From Candidatus Chisholmbacteria bacterium RIFCSPHIGHO2_01_FULL_52_32 (GTDB taxonomy: Bacteria > Patescibacteriota > Microgenomatia > UBA1400 > Chisholmbacteraceae): a stretch of DNA of 64,000 nucleotides. Each line of letters starts with the position of its first letter. Positions within the stretch are counted from its first letter, which is position 1. The position numbers and the translations under genes are program-made. The DNA lies in contig MHCJ01000003.1 in NCBI GenBank assembly GCA_001816585.1, forward strand, positions 284,228 to 348,227, given 5' to 3'. Of the stretch, positions 41,195 to 51,323 are shown piece by piece. The notes under the pieces are model-generated. The model was not told the origin of the DNA. It saw only the letters and a list, made by a program, of their open reading frames with translations, and ran no database searches.

Positions 41195-42985
41195 TCATAC
41201 TTGGGTCTTTGTGAGTAATATTTTCTCAAGTTCGGAATACGGTCTGGTGTTGAGGATGTGTCTTGCCTCTGCCCAGCCTCTCCTGGCAACGTCCACTCCG
41301 TACCTCATAAGATCCATATGTTCGATTGCATGCGCGTCGGTGTCTATCACCAATTGTACACCCATCCGGATAGCCTGTCGTACCAGCGTGTCAGGGAGAT
41401 CGAGTCGTGTTGGCCAAGCATTTATTTCAATGAATTTCCCGTTTTCTTTTGCGAAGGAGAAGATTTTGTCCCAGTCCGCTTCATAGCCTTCTCTTTGATT
41501 GAGGAGTCTTCCCGTCGGATGGCCCAATATTTTGACTTTTGGATGGGATAATCCTTTGAGGATTCGCTCGGTCATTTTGGCTTTCGGTATTCTCATGCTG
41601 GAATGGACAGAGGCTACCGCATAGTCAAGCATAACCAGTCCCTCATCCGGGATTGCCAGCGAACCGTCGGTTCGGATATCGATTTCTAAGGTATTGAGTA
41701 TATGTATTGTTCTATTTTCATGAGTTATTTCTATTGAGTACTTTAGTTTGTCTATTTCCTCTGATCTCTTTTTTATTTCAATAATAATTTCCTTCCGGTT
41801 ATACTCAGTTAAGCTCGGATTGTGATCCCCTATTCCGACGTATTCGTACCCAAGCTCCATCGCTTTTTCAACCATTTCCCGCATGGTATTTGCTCCCGTA
41901 TCGTGAGCGGATCTCCAAGGATAATCCGTGTGGAGATGGAGATCTCCGCGTATTTCTTCTTTTTTTATTAATTCCGGCAATTTTGCTTCGAGCGCGGCCT
42001 CAATTTCACCCTGATCTTCGCGCAACTCCGGCGGTATCCATTGCATACCCAGTGCCTTATAAAACTCCGCTTCAGAGGCGAAGGCAGCTATTTTCCCTTT
42101 TTTTCTAATGCCATGTTCTGAAAGTGAAAGGTTCTGCTCCAGGGCAATCTCCCGCAAGTGGATGTTGTGGCTTTTGCTTCCGGTGAAATGCTGCAACAAG
42201 GCTCCGTATCTGTCTGGTTTTTCAGTTTTTACGTCAATTTGCCGGCCGCTTCGGTGAACGAGCCTCGCGGTATTCTCACCAGAGGCAAGGATGTCTTTCG
42301 CATGGGGGAACCGAGTAAAATGGCTTATAACCTTTGATGGATCTTTGGTGGCTACAGCCACGTCGACGTCACCTACCGTAGAAGTGCGACGACGGAGGCT
42401 TCCCAGGGTGTCAATCTTTTCGACCGCCTTTTCCCGTTCCATGTAGGTTTGGAGTTCCTCTGCAATCTGGGTTGCTTGAGGGAGAAGCATCCGATTCTCC
42501 CTACGCTGGTACTCTTCAATCCCCTTCAGAATCTCGGACTCCGATTCTTTGCCAAACCCTTCAATTTTTTGGATTCTTCCTAATCTGGCGGCCTCCTTTA
42601 TTCGGCGAATTGCCCCATGCGCTTTTGAGATTCCTAGCTTTTTTACAAGTTTGTAGGCAGTTTTTGGTCCTATACCGGGAATTCCGATCAGTTCAAACAT
42701 CGCCTCCGGGAGGCGCGCCAAAACTGTTTGGAAATGGTCGACTTTGCCTTTGCGAAATAACTCGTCTATGTGGCCGGCGATATTCGGTCCGACCCCCGGA
42801 AGATCGCCGAGCCTTCCTTCCTCCCAAAGATCCTTCACTTCTCTATTTGCGTGTTCGATTGAGTCTGCAGCATTTTCATAAGCGCGGATACGAAACACAC
42901 TCTCGTCTTCAATTTCATACGCGCCAGATATCGCACGAAAGAGCTTTACGACCTCTTCGTTGTTCATGTTCTTATGTGTATGCAT
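41195..42985 (-). CDS. polX: DNA polymerase X / PHP 3'-5' exonuclease
   Basis: FRIRAY, GSLRR...GDVD, HFTGSK, PPELRE, DLHLHT, DTDAH. Confidence 0.94.
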   Translation of the reverse strand: MHTHKNMNNEEVVKLFRAISGAYEIEDESVFRIRAYENAADSIEHANREVKDLWEEGRLGDLPGVGPNIAGHIDELFRKGKVDHFQTVLARLPEAMFELIGIPGIGPKTAYKLVKKLGISKAHGAIRRIKEAARLGRIQKIEGFGKESESEILKGIEEYQRRENRMLLPQATQIAEELQTYMEREKAVEKIDTLGSLRRRTSTVGDVDVAVATKDPSKVISHFTRFPHAKDILASGENTARLVHRSGRQIDVKTEKPDRYGALLQHFTGSKSHNIHLREIALEQNLSLSEHGIRKKGKIAAFASEAEFYKALGMQWIPPELREDQGEIEAALEAKLPELIKKEEIRGDLHLHTDYPWRSAHDTGANTMREMVEKAMELGYEYVGIGDHNPSLTEYNRKEIIIEIKKRSEEIDKLKYSIEITHENRTIHILNTLEIDIRTDGSLAIPDEGLVMLDYAVASVHSSMRIPKAKMTERILKGLSHPKVKILGHPTGRLLNQREGYEADWDKIFSFAKENGKFIEINAWPTRLDLPDTLVRQAIRMGVQLVIDTDAHAIEHMDLMRYGVDVARRGWAEARHILNTRPYSELEKILLTKTQV

Positions 42986-43087
42986 GCCGTTTTTTATGAT
43001 ACCATACGTGCATTGACGCGGTCCGTCTCATCTGTTAGGATACGGCCAGAACGTACGCTAAGATGCCTTGTTCCTTTTTTTTGGCTA

Positions 43088-43163
43088 GGACCCGTGGTGT
43101 AGTCTGGCCAAACACGCGTCCCTGTCAAGGACGAGATCACCGGTTCGAATCCGGCCGGGTCCG
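43088..43163 (+). tRNA. tRNA-Asp(GTC)
   Basis: GGACCCG/CGGGTCC acceptor; CGTCC-CTGTCAA-GGACG. Confidence 0.95.
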
Positions 43164-43269
43164 CAGTATTAATTCGGGCGAATGCTTCGTCCGTTAACTG
43201 CTTCTGCCTGTCTGCCACGATATTTCTGCCTGAAAGGAGGTTTTGAGCCTGTTTGGCTCTATAACGTGT

Positions 43270-43866
43270 ATGGAAGACGTTTTAAAAACATGGCTGAAAC
43301 GCCTGAAGCTTAATGAATCCACGATCAGTATGTTCTTGGGTGTCTTGGTGGTTGCTGTTGCAGGGATTCTCGTTTATAACTATTTTTCTCGCGTTGAGAA
43401 GCCTGAGGAAAAAGCCAGCCAAGAAACACCCGAGCAATATCAGCTTGAGGTGGTTGAAGAAGAAGGGAAAATGGTTCCTCAGGGATTGCCCGTTGAACAC
43501 ATCGTTTCTCCGCTTGAGCATCTTTGGGGTATTTCGGAAAAGTATTATGGCACCGGATATAATTGGGTTGATATCGCCAAGGCGAATAATCTTAGTGACC
43601 CGGGACTTATCTATCCTGAGCAGAAGCTGACTATCCCTCGGTCTGAAGTGAAGGTTATTTCAAAGTCTGCTTCGACACTGAGCACTTCCCTTGAGCCGAT
43701 TACCAGCGACTCGTACACCGTCGTCCGTGGAGACAGCCTTTGGAAGATCGCAGTACGGGCTTATCAAGACGGCTACGCTTGGCCAAAAATCTTTGCCGAA
43801 AATAAAAACCTAATCAAGGATCCCGGCCTTATCGAAGCGGATTGGGAACTCAAGATTCCTAGATAG
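43270..43866 (+). CDS. Membrane-anchored double LysM-domain protein
   Basis: TM helix followed by two LysM repeats (LWGISEKYYG...; YTVVRGDSLWKIA...). Confidence 0.9.
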   Translation: MEDVLKTWLKRLKLNESTISMFLGVLVVAVAGILVYNYFSRVEKPEEKASQETPEQYQLEVVEEEGKMVPQGLPVEHIVSPLEHLWGISEKYYGTGYNWVDIAKANNLSDPGLIYPEQKLTIPRSEVKVISKSASTLSTSLEPITSDSYTVVRGDSLWKIAVRAYQDGYAWPKIFAENKNLIKDPGLIEADWELKIPR

Positions 43867-44036
43867 CCCTCCTTTTGTTGCAGTCTTTCTAGAGGTGTGA
43901 TTAAATTGGAAATGGAGCCTTCATATCGGCAAACTCTAAGGATGTAATGGGAGTGGCGAAGTTTGCAAGAACGATTTTTGAAAGCAATAATACAATAATT
44001 TGCTACCGTAATTCCGGGGAAGATGTACCAATCCTT

Positions 44037-44107
44037 GCGAGATTAGTTGAGCGGCTCAACGTCACCTTCCCAAGGTGAAAAGACGGGTTCGACTCCCGTA
44101 TCTCGCT
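44037..44107 (+). tRNA. tRNA-Gly(CCC)
   Basis: GCGAGAT/ATCTCGC acceptor; TCACC-TTCCCAA-GGTGA. Confidence 0.92.
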
Positions 44108-44192
44108 CTGGTTTTCCGGGCAGCACGGAACGCGTTTTATGACGATTTTGCAAAAGCGGTAGAGCAATCTCTTCGCCTACCCGCCTCAACTA

Positions 44193-44265
44193 GCCGCCTT
44201 AGCTCAGTTGGCAGAGCAGGGCTTTCGTAAAGCCAAGGTCCTCGGTTCGAATCCGAGAGGCGGCT
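44193..44265 (+). tRNA. tRNA-Thr(CGT)
   Basis: GCCGCCT/AGGCGGC acceptor; GGCT-TTCGTAA-AGCC; GGTTCGAATCC. Confidence 0.93.
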
Positions 44266-44281
44266 CAGGCAAGTAGGGCAG

Positions 44282-44316
44282 GTAAAGACAAGATCCTCTG
44301 TTCGAATCCGTGAGGC
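44282..44316 (+). pseudogene. Degenerate copy of the tRNA-Thr 3' half
   Basis: 31/35 nt identical to 44227-44261. Confidence 0.75.
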
Positions 44317-44344
44317 AATTTTTAGGTTTTTGATATCATCTCAA

Positions 44345-45079
44345 ATGGCTCGCACTCGCTTTCACTACCGTTCGAGACTATCCCGCAAGGAAGGTCAACG
44401 CTACGCCCGGCAGACATTCATCTTTTCGTTCTTAACGCTCCTCCTTATTGCCGTCCTCTTGTTTTGGGGTATTCCTTCCTTAGTGAAGCTGGCTGTTTTC
44501 CTGGGTGATCTGCGCTCAAGCTCGCAGCCTGTCAGTAGTGAAGACGCTGTTCCTCCTCCCGTTCCGATTCTTCGACCGTCTGCTCCGGCCACCAATAGCG
44601 CTACCTTACGAATATCCGGTTTCTCGGAGGATGGAACCACCGTTGTCCTTTCCATCAACGGTTCCGACACCCATGAAGTGTTAGTCGAGGCAAACGGCGA
44701 ATTTCTGTTCGACAGTGTTTCGTTGCAACCAGGCGAAAATACAATATCAGCCCGCTCTGTTGATAAGGCGGGGAATGCCAGCCGCTCTTCTGCTGACGTT
44801 CGGGTCATCTACGATAACGCTTTGCCTTCCCTGACCGTCGATTCCCCTCAAGATCGAGCTTCCTTCGTCGGGTCATCCGAAAAGGTCCTCCGCGTCAGTG
44901 GGACGAGCGAATCTGATTCTGTTGTCCGAATCAATGGGCTTTTTGCCATCCTTTCCACGGAGGGAGGTTTTTCATCCTCTCTCACGCTTTCTCCTGGAGA
45001 TAACACCATTACCGTTACCGCTTCCGATCGCGCAGGCAACGAGACCGTTGTCACGCGGACGGTTTCTTACGAAGAGTAG
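44345..45079 (+). CDS. Membrane-anchored protein with two bacterial Ig-like domains
   Basis: TM helix; two L.PG.NTI...D.AGN repeats. Confidence 0.85.
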   Translation: MARTRFHYRSRLSRKEGQRYARQTFIFSFLTLLLIAVLLFWGIPSLVKLAVFLGDLRSSSQPVSSEDAVPPPVPILRPSAPATNSATLRISGFSEDGTTVVLSINGSDTHEVLVEANGEFLFDSVSLQPGENTISARSVDKAGNASRSSADVRVIYDNALPSLTVDSPQDRASFVGSSEKVLRVSGTSESDSVVRINGLFAILSTEGGFSSSLTLSPGDNTITVTASDRAGNETVVTRTVSYEE

Positions 45080-46253
45080 CTTCTTTTAGGGCAATGAGCA
45101 TCCACATCCACACCAACACCCATGGATAGAACCACGAATTGTTAAAAACCCCATGCGTAGCCAGCGCAGCAAGACTGGCAAGCCCCAATGCTTTACCAGT
45201 TCCACCTCTTTCGCTTCCAGCCAGCCAGAGCTTGTTTATTTTATAGATGAGCCAAGCGAACGCGCTGCCTCCAATAATCCCTGTGGTTACAAGAATAAAC
45301 AGGTATGAGTTCTCCACTCCTGCGCCTGAATGGCTGGTTTTCCAATCCTCTCCCAGGTAATGGTACCGTTTTTGGGCGTAGCGGAGGAGATTGAACCCCA
45401 CACCTAAGGCAGGATGATCCCTGATCATGACAGCCGCGTGTTCCCAAGTTTCTACCCGGTTAAAAAAGGAGTATTGGCGCAGTAAGTTCGTCCCTTCGCT
45501 TGCAGCCTTGGGAAGAAAAACGAGAAATAGCAAAAACAGGAAGATGCCAAGTAGGGCCTTGCCCAGCTTCTTTATCATCCACCCAAAAACCAGAAAACCG
45601 GCCAAGAAAGCCAGATAGGATGACCGGGAATAGGTGAGAAGTAGTGCAAGCGTAGAAAGTGTAACGGCCGCGATCTTTACGGGTTTGGGTTCGCTCAGCC
45701 TCATAGCAAGCAGCGCCGTCAATACCAAGATAATTCCGGTAAATCCCGGGTCAAGCAGCGTGCCGACAAGCCGGAAGGCATGATCATCCCAACCGATCCA
45801 TTTGAATTGCGTCATGTCAGGAAAGATAACGTACTGAACAATACCCAAAGCAGCAAGGCTCAGTCCTGAGAGGAGGAGGACTTCTTCATAGGAAACCGTC
45901 GTTCTTAAGACCTTCAGTCCCCGTTCAATCGGTAGCGTCAGGGTAAAGAAGTAGACTGCGGTAAGAAGCATCCAACGCAGGAGGTATAGGGAACCGGTCA
46001 TAAGCTCCGGAAGTTCGACCGTTCTTGACCCTTGGAGAAGCGACAAAGCGGCAACCAGTGAAAATAGGACGATAGGATAGGTCAGTTTCGCTTTTGGAAG
46101 CGACTTTGTCTTGAGCGCTTTGGCAATGACCACCATTGCCATCAGGCCGGCGATGAGGTCGTTCGGATACACGGCGATTCCTTGCGCCACTTCGAGCCTC
46201 ACGAGATGTCCCAAGGGGAAACTTACCAGTAACAGAATCAAGAGTACGGACAT
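45051..46253 (-). CDS. O-antigen ligase/Wzy-like membrane protein
   Basis: R..GT..DP, LTYSRS, R...W, P.LGVG. Confidence 0.88.
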   Translation of the reverse strand: MSVLLILLLVSFPLGHLVRLEVAQGIAVYPNDLIAGLMAMVVIAKALKTKSLPKAKLTYPIVLFSLVAALSLLQGSRTVELPELMTGSLYLLRWMLLTAVYFFTLTLPIERGLKVLRTTVSYEEVLLLSGLSLAALGIVQYVIFPDMTQFKWIGWDDHAFRLVGTLLDPGFTGIILVLTALLAMRLSEPKPVKIAAVTLSTLALLLTYSRSSYLAFLAGFLVFGWMIKKLGKALLGIFLFLLFLVFLPKAASEGTNLLRQYSFFNRVETWEHAAVMIRDHPALGVGFNLLRYAQKRYHYLGEDWKTSHSGAGVENSYLFILVTTGIIGGSAFAWLIYKINKLWLAGSERGGTGKALGLASLAALATHGVFNNSWFYPWVLVWMWMLIALKEATLRKKPSA

Positions 46254-46256
46254 GGC

Positions 46257-47021
46257 TCATCTCCTCCTCATTTTCACTCGGACGAAGAGCGAATGTAGAC
46301 TCATCATGTATGCCATCACCAAGCCTGGAAATCCATCCAATAATCCGAGCAGTAGGAAATAATTTTTCACGAACTTTGCCAACGGAAGGGCGAGCGTCTC
46401 AACCGGGGATGGTGGTTCCCCTTGCCTTGTCCTGAACCTGGCTTCGATATCCGTATAGCGATTAATGTCCTCAAGGAACTGGTGAATCGTCGGATGGGGA
46501 TGGTGCTGTATCTTTCCCTCAAGTTCTCCTACCTTCCCTTTAATCTCCCAAACTTCATGCACCGGTCGGTTCCATTCCCCGGTTGACTTTTTCCCCAGAC
46601 GGATAAGCCTGGCGTGGGCGGTCTCACCAAATTTCAAACTTCTTCCCAAAAACTCGTCCTCTCTCCCCAGCCAAAAGCCTACCACATCCTTTCTGCTTAC
46701 CGCATTCTCTATCTCTTGCTTCAGTTCATCTGAGACCCATTCGTCTGCATCCAAAAAGAGGATCCATTCACCCTTGGCTTTATTGAGACCGAAATTCCGC
46801 TGGGCAGCAAAATCGCCATGCATGGTTCTTGTGAATACCGTCGCGCCCGCTTGTCCTGCCAGAACAGCGGTTTTATCTTTCGACCCGTCATCGATCACGA
46901 TGACCTCATCGCACCACCGAAGGCTCCGCAGGCATTCCTGAATGTTTTGTTCCTCGTTTTTGGTCAGGACAACTGCTGAAATTCTCGGTGAAATGGACTT
47001 CTTTATCCGGTTCTTTTCCAT
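46257..47021 (-). CDS. Glycosyltransferase family 2
   Basis: VLTKNEE, DDGSKD, FLDADE, VHE. Confidence 0.92.
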   Translation of the reverse strand: MEKNRIKKSISPRISAVVLTKNEEQNIQECLRSLRWCDEVIVIDDGSKDKTAVLAGQAGATVFTRTMHGDFAAQRNFGLNKAKGEWILFLDADEWVSDELKQEIENAVSRKDVVGFWLGREDEFLGRSLKFGETAHARLIRLGKKSTGEWNRPVHEVWEIKGKVGELEGKIQHHPHPTIHQFLEDINRYTDIEARFRTRQGEPPSPVETLALPLAKFVKNYFLLLGLLDGFPGLVMAYMMSLHSLFVRVKMRRR

Positions 47022-47051
47022 TTGAGATCCTTTTTTCAAGCAGAAAATGTG

Positions 47052-48611
47052 CTAGCGCATTGGTTTTTCAACCCGTAATACGGCAAGGTTTCCTATCCAG
47101 TAGACTTTGCCTTTATGGATTTGCGGCAGTTTGGTGATGTCCTCATAAACGGTATATCGTATTTTGGTGTCCTTGACCGGTTCGTTCCCCAGCCACCAGA
47201 GGAGGTATTGGTAATTTTGGGCGTAGTTGTCTTCGAATTGATCGAATGGCCCGACCCTGGAGAGCGAGAATTGCTCTCCGCGCGCGGTTGCGACAATGGT
47301 TTTTGCAGCCTCAAGCTGCACACGGTACGGCACACGCCCGTCCTTGAGGATTTGCGTTTCGGGAAGAAAAAACCATTTTTCCGAAAAGAAGAAGCGAAGA
47401 TTGGTTACCGTCATCAGGAATAACACCAACGTAACGAGTACTTGACCTGCTCTTTTCCCAAACAGCTGCCCCAGAAGAAGACCTAAGAACAGGATCGGTA
47501 TGGGCAAGAGTGTGACAAAGTAGTGTGCCGGTGGATCTGCGTGAATAAAAAGGCCAATATACCCAATCACAAAGAGGGCTGTAAGTGTCAGCCATGACCA
47601 ATCTTTCCGGTTCTCCCCAAGCGTACGGACAGTTCTTCTTGCCGCGAAGAGCGTCACTCCTCCCACAAGGATAAAACCCAGGATTTTCGCGTCTATGACG
47701 AAGCTTTGGCTGAAAAAGTCGTACAAAGAGGAAAGATTTTTTTCCGCGATCTGGGTAGTGATGTTGTTCCTGGGGTAGAACCCCAAGAATCCCAGAACCC
47801 GGTAGGGCACCCAAATGAGCAGTTTTGTCAGCATGGAAAACCGGTTTTGGACGTCCCCAAGAAGAAACGGGAGACTGGGGATGATAAACCCAACGCCGCC
47901 GAGAAGGAGGGCTTTTTTCTTCAATTGCCTTCGATGGATATAGAGTAAAATCAAGGTCCCCGGAAGAAGAGCCAAAGGAGTCAAATGGAAGTTCAACATC
48001 ACTGCGAGAAACATCCCGACCCAGAAGAGGTTGGTAGCTTTTTGCTGTTTTCCAGAGGAAGTCTTGGGAGCTTCTAAGGCTCTGACAAGGAAAAATAGGA
48101 AGAGAAAAAAGAGGAGAGCTACTAACGAATAGAATCTTGACTCTCTCGCAAGGCTGACCCAAGCCGGAGATATCGCCATGAGATATGTTGAAAGGATGGC
48201 GACCCGTCTATCGAAAAGCTTTTCACCCACCCAGTACATCGCCACAAGCGCCACGACGCTTATCAGGGCCATAAACAGAGCACCCGTGGTTGGATCGAAG
48301 CGGCCCAAAAACAACAGGGGAGCCATCAGCCAATAGTAGAGCGGGCCAAATGCGAGCCATGGATGTGAGGTCGGAGGGCCGATAAGCGGTACAGAACCTT
48401 CAGCCACAAAGTTTTTTATCGCCAAGTAGTTGTGGCCGAGTTCTCCGTGGAACACCAGGTTTTCCGAAAGACGATAGAATCGCAAGAACGTCCCCAGAAT
48501 CAAGCTTCCCACCAATAACCCGTCCCAGGCTAAATATCCAGGTATAAACGGGCGTCGTGGTTGATGATTAGTTGTGCTGATTATTTTCTTCAGGCGCTGT
48601 TTGTTGGGCAT
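47052..48611 (-). CDS. GT-C membrane glycosyltransferase (ArnT/PMT-like)
   Basis: LRFYRL...F.GE, GP.YYWL, many TM helices. Confidence 0.8.
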   Translation of the reverse strand: MPNKQRLKKIISTTNHQPRRPFIPGYLAWDGLLVGSLILGTFLRFYRLSENLVFHGELGHNYLAIKNFVAEGSVPLIGPPTSHPWLAFGPLYYWLMAPLLFLGRFDPTTGALFMALISVVALVAMYWVGEKLFDRRVAILSTYLMAISPAWVSLARESRFYSLVALLFFLFLFFLVRALEAPKTSSGKQQKATNLFWVGMFLAVMLNFHLTPLALLPGTLILLYIHRRQLKKKALLLGGVGFIIPSLPFLLGDVQNRFSMLTKLLIWVPYRVLGFLGFYPRNNITTQIAEKNLSSLYDFFSQSFVIDAKILGFILVGGVTLFAARRTVRTLGENRKDWSWLTLTALFVIGYIGLFIHADPPAHYFVTLLPIPILFLGLLLGQLFGKRAGQVLVTLVLFLMTVTNLRFFFSEKWFFLPETQILKDGRVPYRVQLEAAKTIVATARGEQFSLSRVGPFDQFEDNYAQNYQYLLWWLGNEPVKDTKIRYTVYEDITKLPQIHKGKVYWIGNLAVLRVEKPMR

Positions 48612-48641
48612 CTTTCTTCCCTTTCACTCTCCTTGTCATTC

Positions 48642-49523
48642 CTATGTGTTCCTTGAAAGCATGCCAGCGAAAAGTAAAACAACAAGGAGACAAACAATCT
48701 TCCATCGGTCAAGCACCCAAAAGCTAAGCTGGGTTACCGTTCCGGTTACCATCCCGAAATGTTTCTTGAAATAATAGGTTCGACTGGCACGAAAGATACC
48801 CAAGGCCCTGCCTTTATTTTCGGTACTTCTGCCGGAGAGGTGAATGACTTTTGCCCTGGGTTCGAACAGAATCTTTCTGCCTAAATTTCTTGCCCGCAGG
48901 CAGAAATCCGATTCCTCAAAATACATAAAAAACCGTTCGTCAAACCCCCCGAGTTCCTCAAACAGTGCTTTTTCCACCATAAAGGCTGCTCCATGAACTG
49001 CTTCCACTTGTCTTTGGGATTTCCTATCCCACTGGGAGAGCCAATACTTCTTTGCAACGGGATTTTTTGGAAAGAATCTGTTTATGACTGAGTGAGCCAT
49101 CAGCCCAGCCAGCGGTGTGAGGGTATCCGTGCACTGAAAAGGATACACCTGCCTATTCTCCATAAGAAGTTGCGGAGCGACGATACCGACATTATTTCTC
49201 GCGTTCATCGTTTGTACACATCGGTCGATTGCTTCCTTTTCGATGATGGTATCGGGGTTGAGAAACAGGAGGTACTTTCCTTTTGCAGCCTTCGCACCCA
49301 AATTGTTACCAGCACCAAACCCGACGTTTCCTCGGGAACGTATATACCGCACCCAAGGAGCTTTTTTTCGAAGATCTGCCTCAATCCCGTCTTCCACGTC
49401 ATTATCCACCACGATCACCTCAAAGGTTGTCTTTGGGTGCGACTGTGCGATCGCTGAAAGACAATTGAAAAGTTCTTTATTCGCCCTGTAATGAACGATG
49501 ATAATTGAAACCTTCGGTTTCAT
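48642..49523 (-). CDS. Glycosyltransferase family 2 (rhamnosyltransferase-like)
   Basis: [31 protein letters not shown]. Confidence 0.92.
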   Translation of the reverse strand: MKPKVSIIIVHYRANKELFNCLSAIAQSHPKTTFEVIVVDNDVEDGIEADLRKKAPWVRYIRSRGNVGFGAGNNLGAKAAKGKYLLFLNPDTIIEKEAIDRCVQTMNARNNVGIVAPQLLMENRQVYPFQCTDTLTPLAGLMAHSVINRFFPKNPVAKKYWLSQWDRKSQRQVEAVHGAAFMVEKALFEELGGFDERFFMYFEESDFCLRARNLGRKILFEPRAKVIHLSGRSTENKGRALGIFRASRTYYFKKHFGMVTGTVTQLSFWVLDRWKIVCLLVVLLFAGMLSRNT

Positions 49524-50632
49524 GGCTGAGGATTTTTTAATATCTTTTCCAGTTTCCGGATATGATGATCCCAGGTCCAGTTTTTTTCCACCTCGGCTCG
49601 CGCGGCAACACCCATTCGCCTTGCTTTCTCCGGATTTGCGATCAGCTCTTCGATCTTTTGGGCCAAATTACCGGGGTTTCGCTCGACTAAAAATCCTGTT
49701 TTTCCGTCAAGCACCGTTTCCCGATATCCCCCTTCCCTGACGGCAATGACCGGTGTCCCACAGGACATGGATTCCAAAGCGACCAAACCGAATGGTTCTA
49801 AGACAGCAGCGCAGATTGTTATCACCGCGCTATTGTACGCCAAGGCCATCTCCTTCTGGTTTCTCTTGAATGCGCCACGAACTGTTTGATTGATAACCGT
49901 GAGGCGTGGCCGCTGGTTCGACGGAATCTTTGCAATCGCAGCTATCAGAAGGTCGTACCCGTCGATCCGAGCCCGATGGCCGATAAATAACACCCCATCT
50001 TTTTTCATGGCCGGCAGAGGTTTAAAGACTTCCGTGTCAACACCCAGAGGACACACCTCTGCCTTTGTGCCATACGCTTGGGCGATGTACTCCTTCACGT
50101 AATGGGATGCACAAATGATCCTGGTTGCTGCCCTGGCATTGGTGCGGTCGATTTGCTTTCTTGTCAGCCTGTTGAATTTCTCATACGCTTGTTTTATCGG
50201 TCCGACCGCTTCTCTCAAGCGAAGTTCGTACTCGTAGCCGATCCTCAACGGCTCCTGGCAGTAATAGACGCTTGGGGTCTGAAGATAGCGAAGGAGATAC
50301 GGCGCCTGGGTAAGACGATCGGGGTGAACGAAGGCAATCTCGTACCCTCCGCCGTCGATTTGTCGAGCGATTTCCCTATGTACCTTCCGTAAAACGGTAA
50401 AGCTCGCAAGATCCCGGCGGAGGCGGGAAAACCCGTGCGATTCTTTTTTCATCACTTCATAAGGGAAGAGGAAGATTTTTTTGCAGAGAGGCCGTAGAGA
50501 ATATTCGCCTTCCAGCGAAACAAGGCTGAAAAGGTCAATCGCGTGGTGGTTCGCCAGGCGCTTAACCTGTTCGTACAGGGCGATGTGGGCTCCACCTTCC
50601 GGAAGATTGTGGAAAACTGCGAGCTTTCGCAT
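49520..50632 (-). CDS. Glycosyltransferase family 4
   Basis: [19 protein letters not shown]. Confidence 0.92.
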   Translation of the reverse strand: MRKLAVFHNLPEGGAHIALYEQVKRLANHHAIDLFSLVSLEGEYSLRPLCKKIFLFPYEVMKKESHGFSRLRRDLASFTVLRKVHREIARQIDGGGYEIAFVHPDRLTQAPYLLRYLQTPSVYYCQEPLRIGYEYELRLREAVGPIKQAYEKFNRLTRKQIDRTNARAATRIICASHYVKEYIAQAYGTKAEVCPLGVDTEVFKPLPAMKKDGVLFIGHRARIDGYDLLIAAIAKIPSNQRPRLTVINQTVRGAFKRNQKEMALAYNSAVITICAAVLEPFGLVALESMSCGTPVIAVREGGYRETVLDGKTGFLVERNPGNLAQKIEELIANPEKARRMGVAARAEVEKNWTWDHHIRKLEKILKNPQP

Positions 50633-50648
50633 TTTTCTTCATCCTTTT

Positions 50649-51323
50649 TTAGAAATATCCTAAGGATCTCATTTTTCGTGATACCTTCCCCTTGTGTGCC
50701 TTAACTTTCGGCAGGCTCTTTTTCCTTTTTAATAATCTTTGGAGTAATCCCTGCTTCTGCGGATACCTCATTTGTAGTGAGTTCTCCTCAAGATAGGGCA
50801 CTGCATTCTCTTCAAGATAGCTCATGATCTCTTCTTTGGTGAAATGGAGGAGAGGATGAATGCGCACGTGATTCTTGCGCGGAGAGAAATAAACCTCGGA
50901 CTCATATGCCTCGTCCTCTTGCCATCGGATTCCGGTCATGAGCGCCTTCAAGCGATACTTCTTGATTGCTCTTTTGATGGATCGAATCTTCATCATCTGG
51001 ATTAGCTGTCTCTTTTCTGATTTACTTTTGGCTTTCCGGTATTGGCGTCGGGTTGGCTTGTCAGAGACACGAAGAAGGGGAAGTTGCCAGTCTCGCTTGA
51101 TTTTCTCGATAAATTGGTTGGTCGTCGCAGATTCCGATTTGGTATCAATGTACAGTACGGGAAGTGATATTTTGTCGTCTTGGGCTCTTTTTACCAGATG
51201 CAGCAAGACCATGGAGTCAGCTCCTCCCGACCAGAAAACGCCGATTCTTGGCTGATACTTTCTTCCCGCAAGGTCAATAATTTTCAGGCTTTGCCTTATT
51301 TTCAGGCGATCAATCTTTTGCAT
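50649..51323 (-). CDS. PAPS reductase / CysD-like PP-loop protein
   Basis: WSGGADS, IDT, TGIRWQE, RIHPLLHF, C-terminal RSLGYF. Confidence 0.8.
   Translation of the reverse strand: MQKIDRLKIRQSLKIIDLAGRKYQPRIGVFWSGGADSMVLLHLVKRAQDDKISLPVLYIDTKSESATTNQFIEKIKRDWQLPLLRVSDKPTRRQYRKAKSKSEKRQLIQMMKIRSIKRAIKKYRLKALMTGIRWQEDEAYESEVYFSPRKNHVRIHPLLHFTKEEIMSYLEENAVPYLEENSLQMRYPQKQGLLQRLLKRKKSLPKVKAHKGKVSRKMRSLGYF

Noticed and set aside
43928-43966. GGCAAAC...GTTTGC hairpin as a possible c-di-GMP-I riboswitch
   Set aside because: It lacks the GNRA-capped P2 and the following conserved GCAAA/P3 elements, and it precedes tRNAs.
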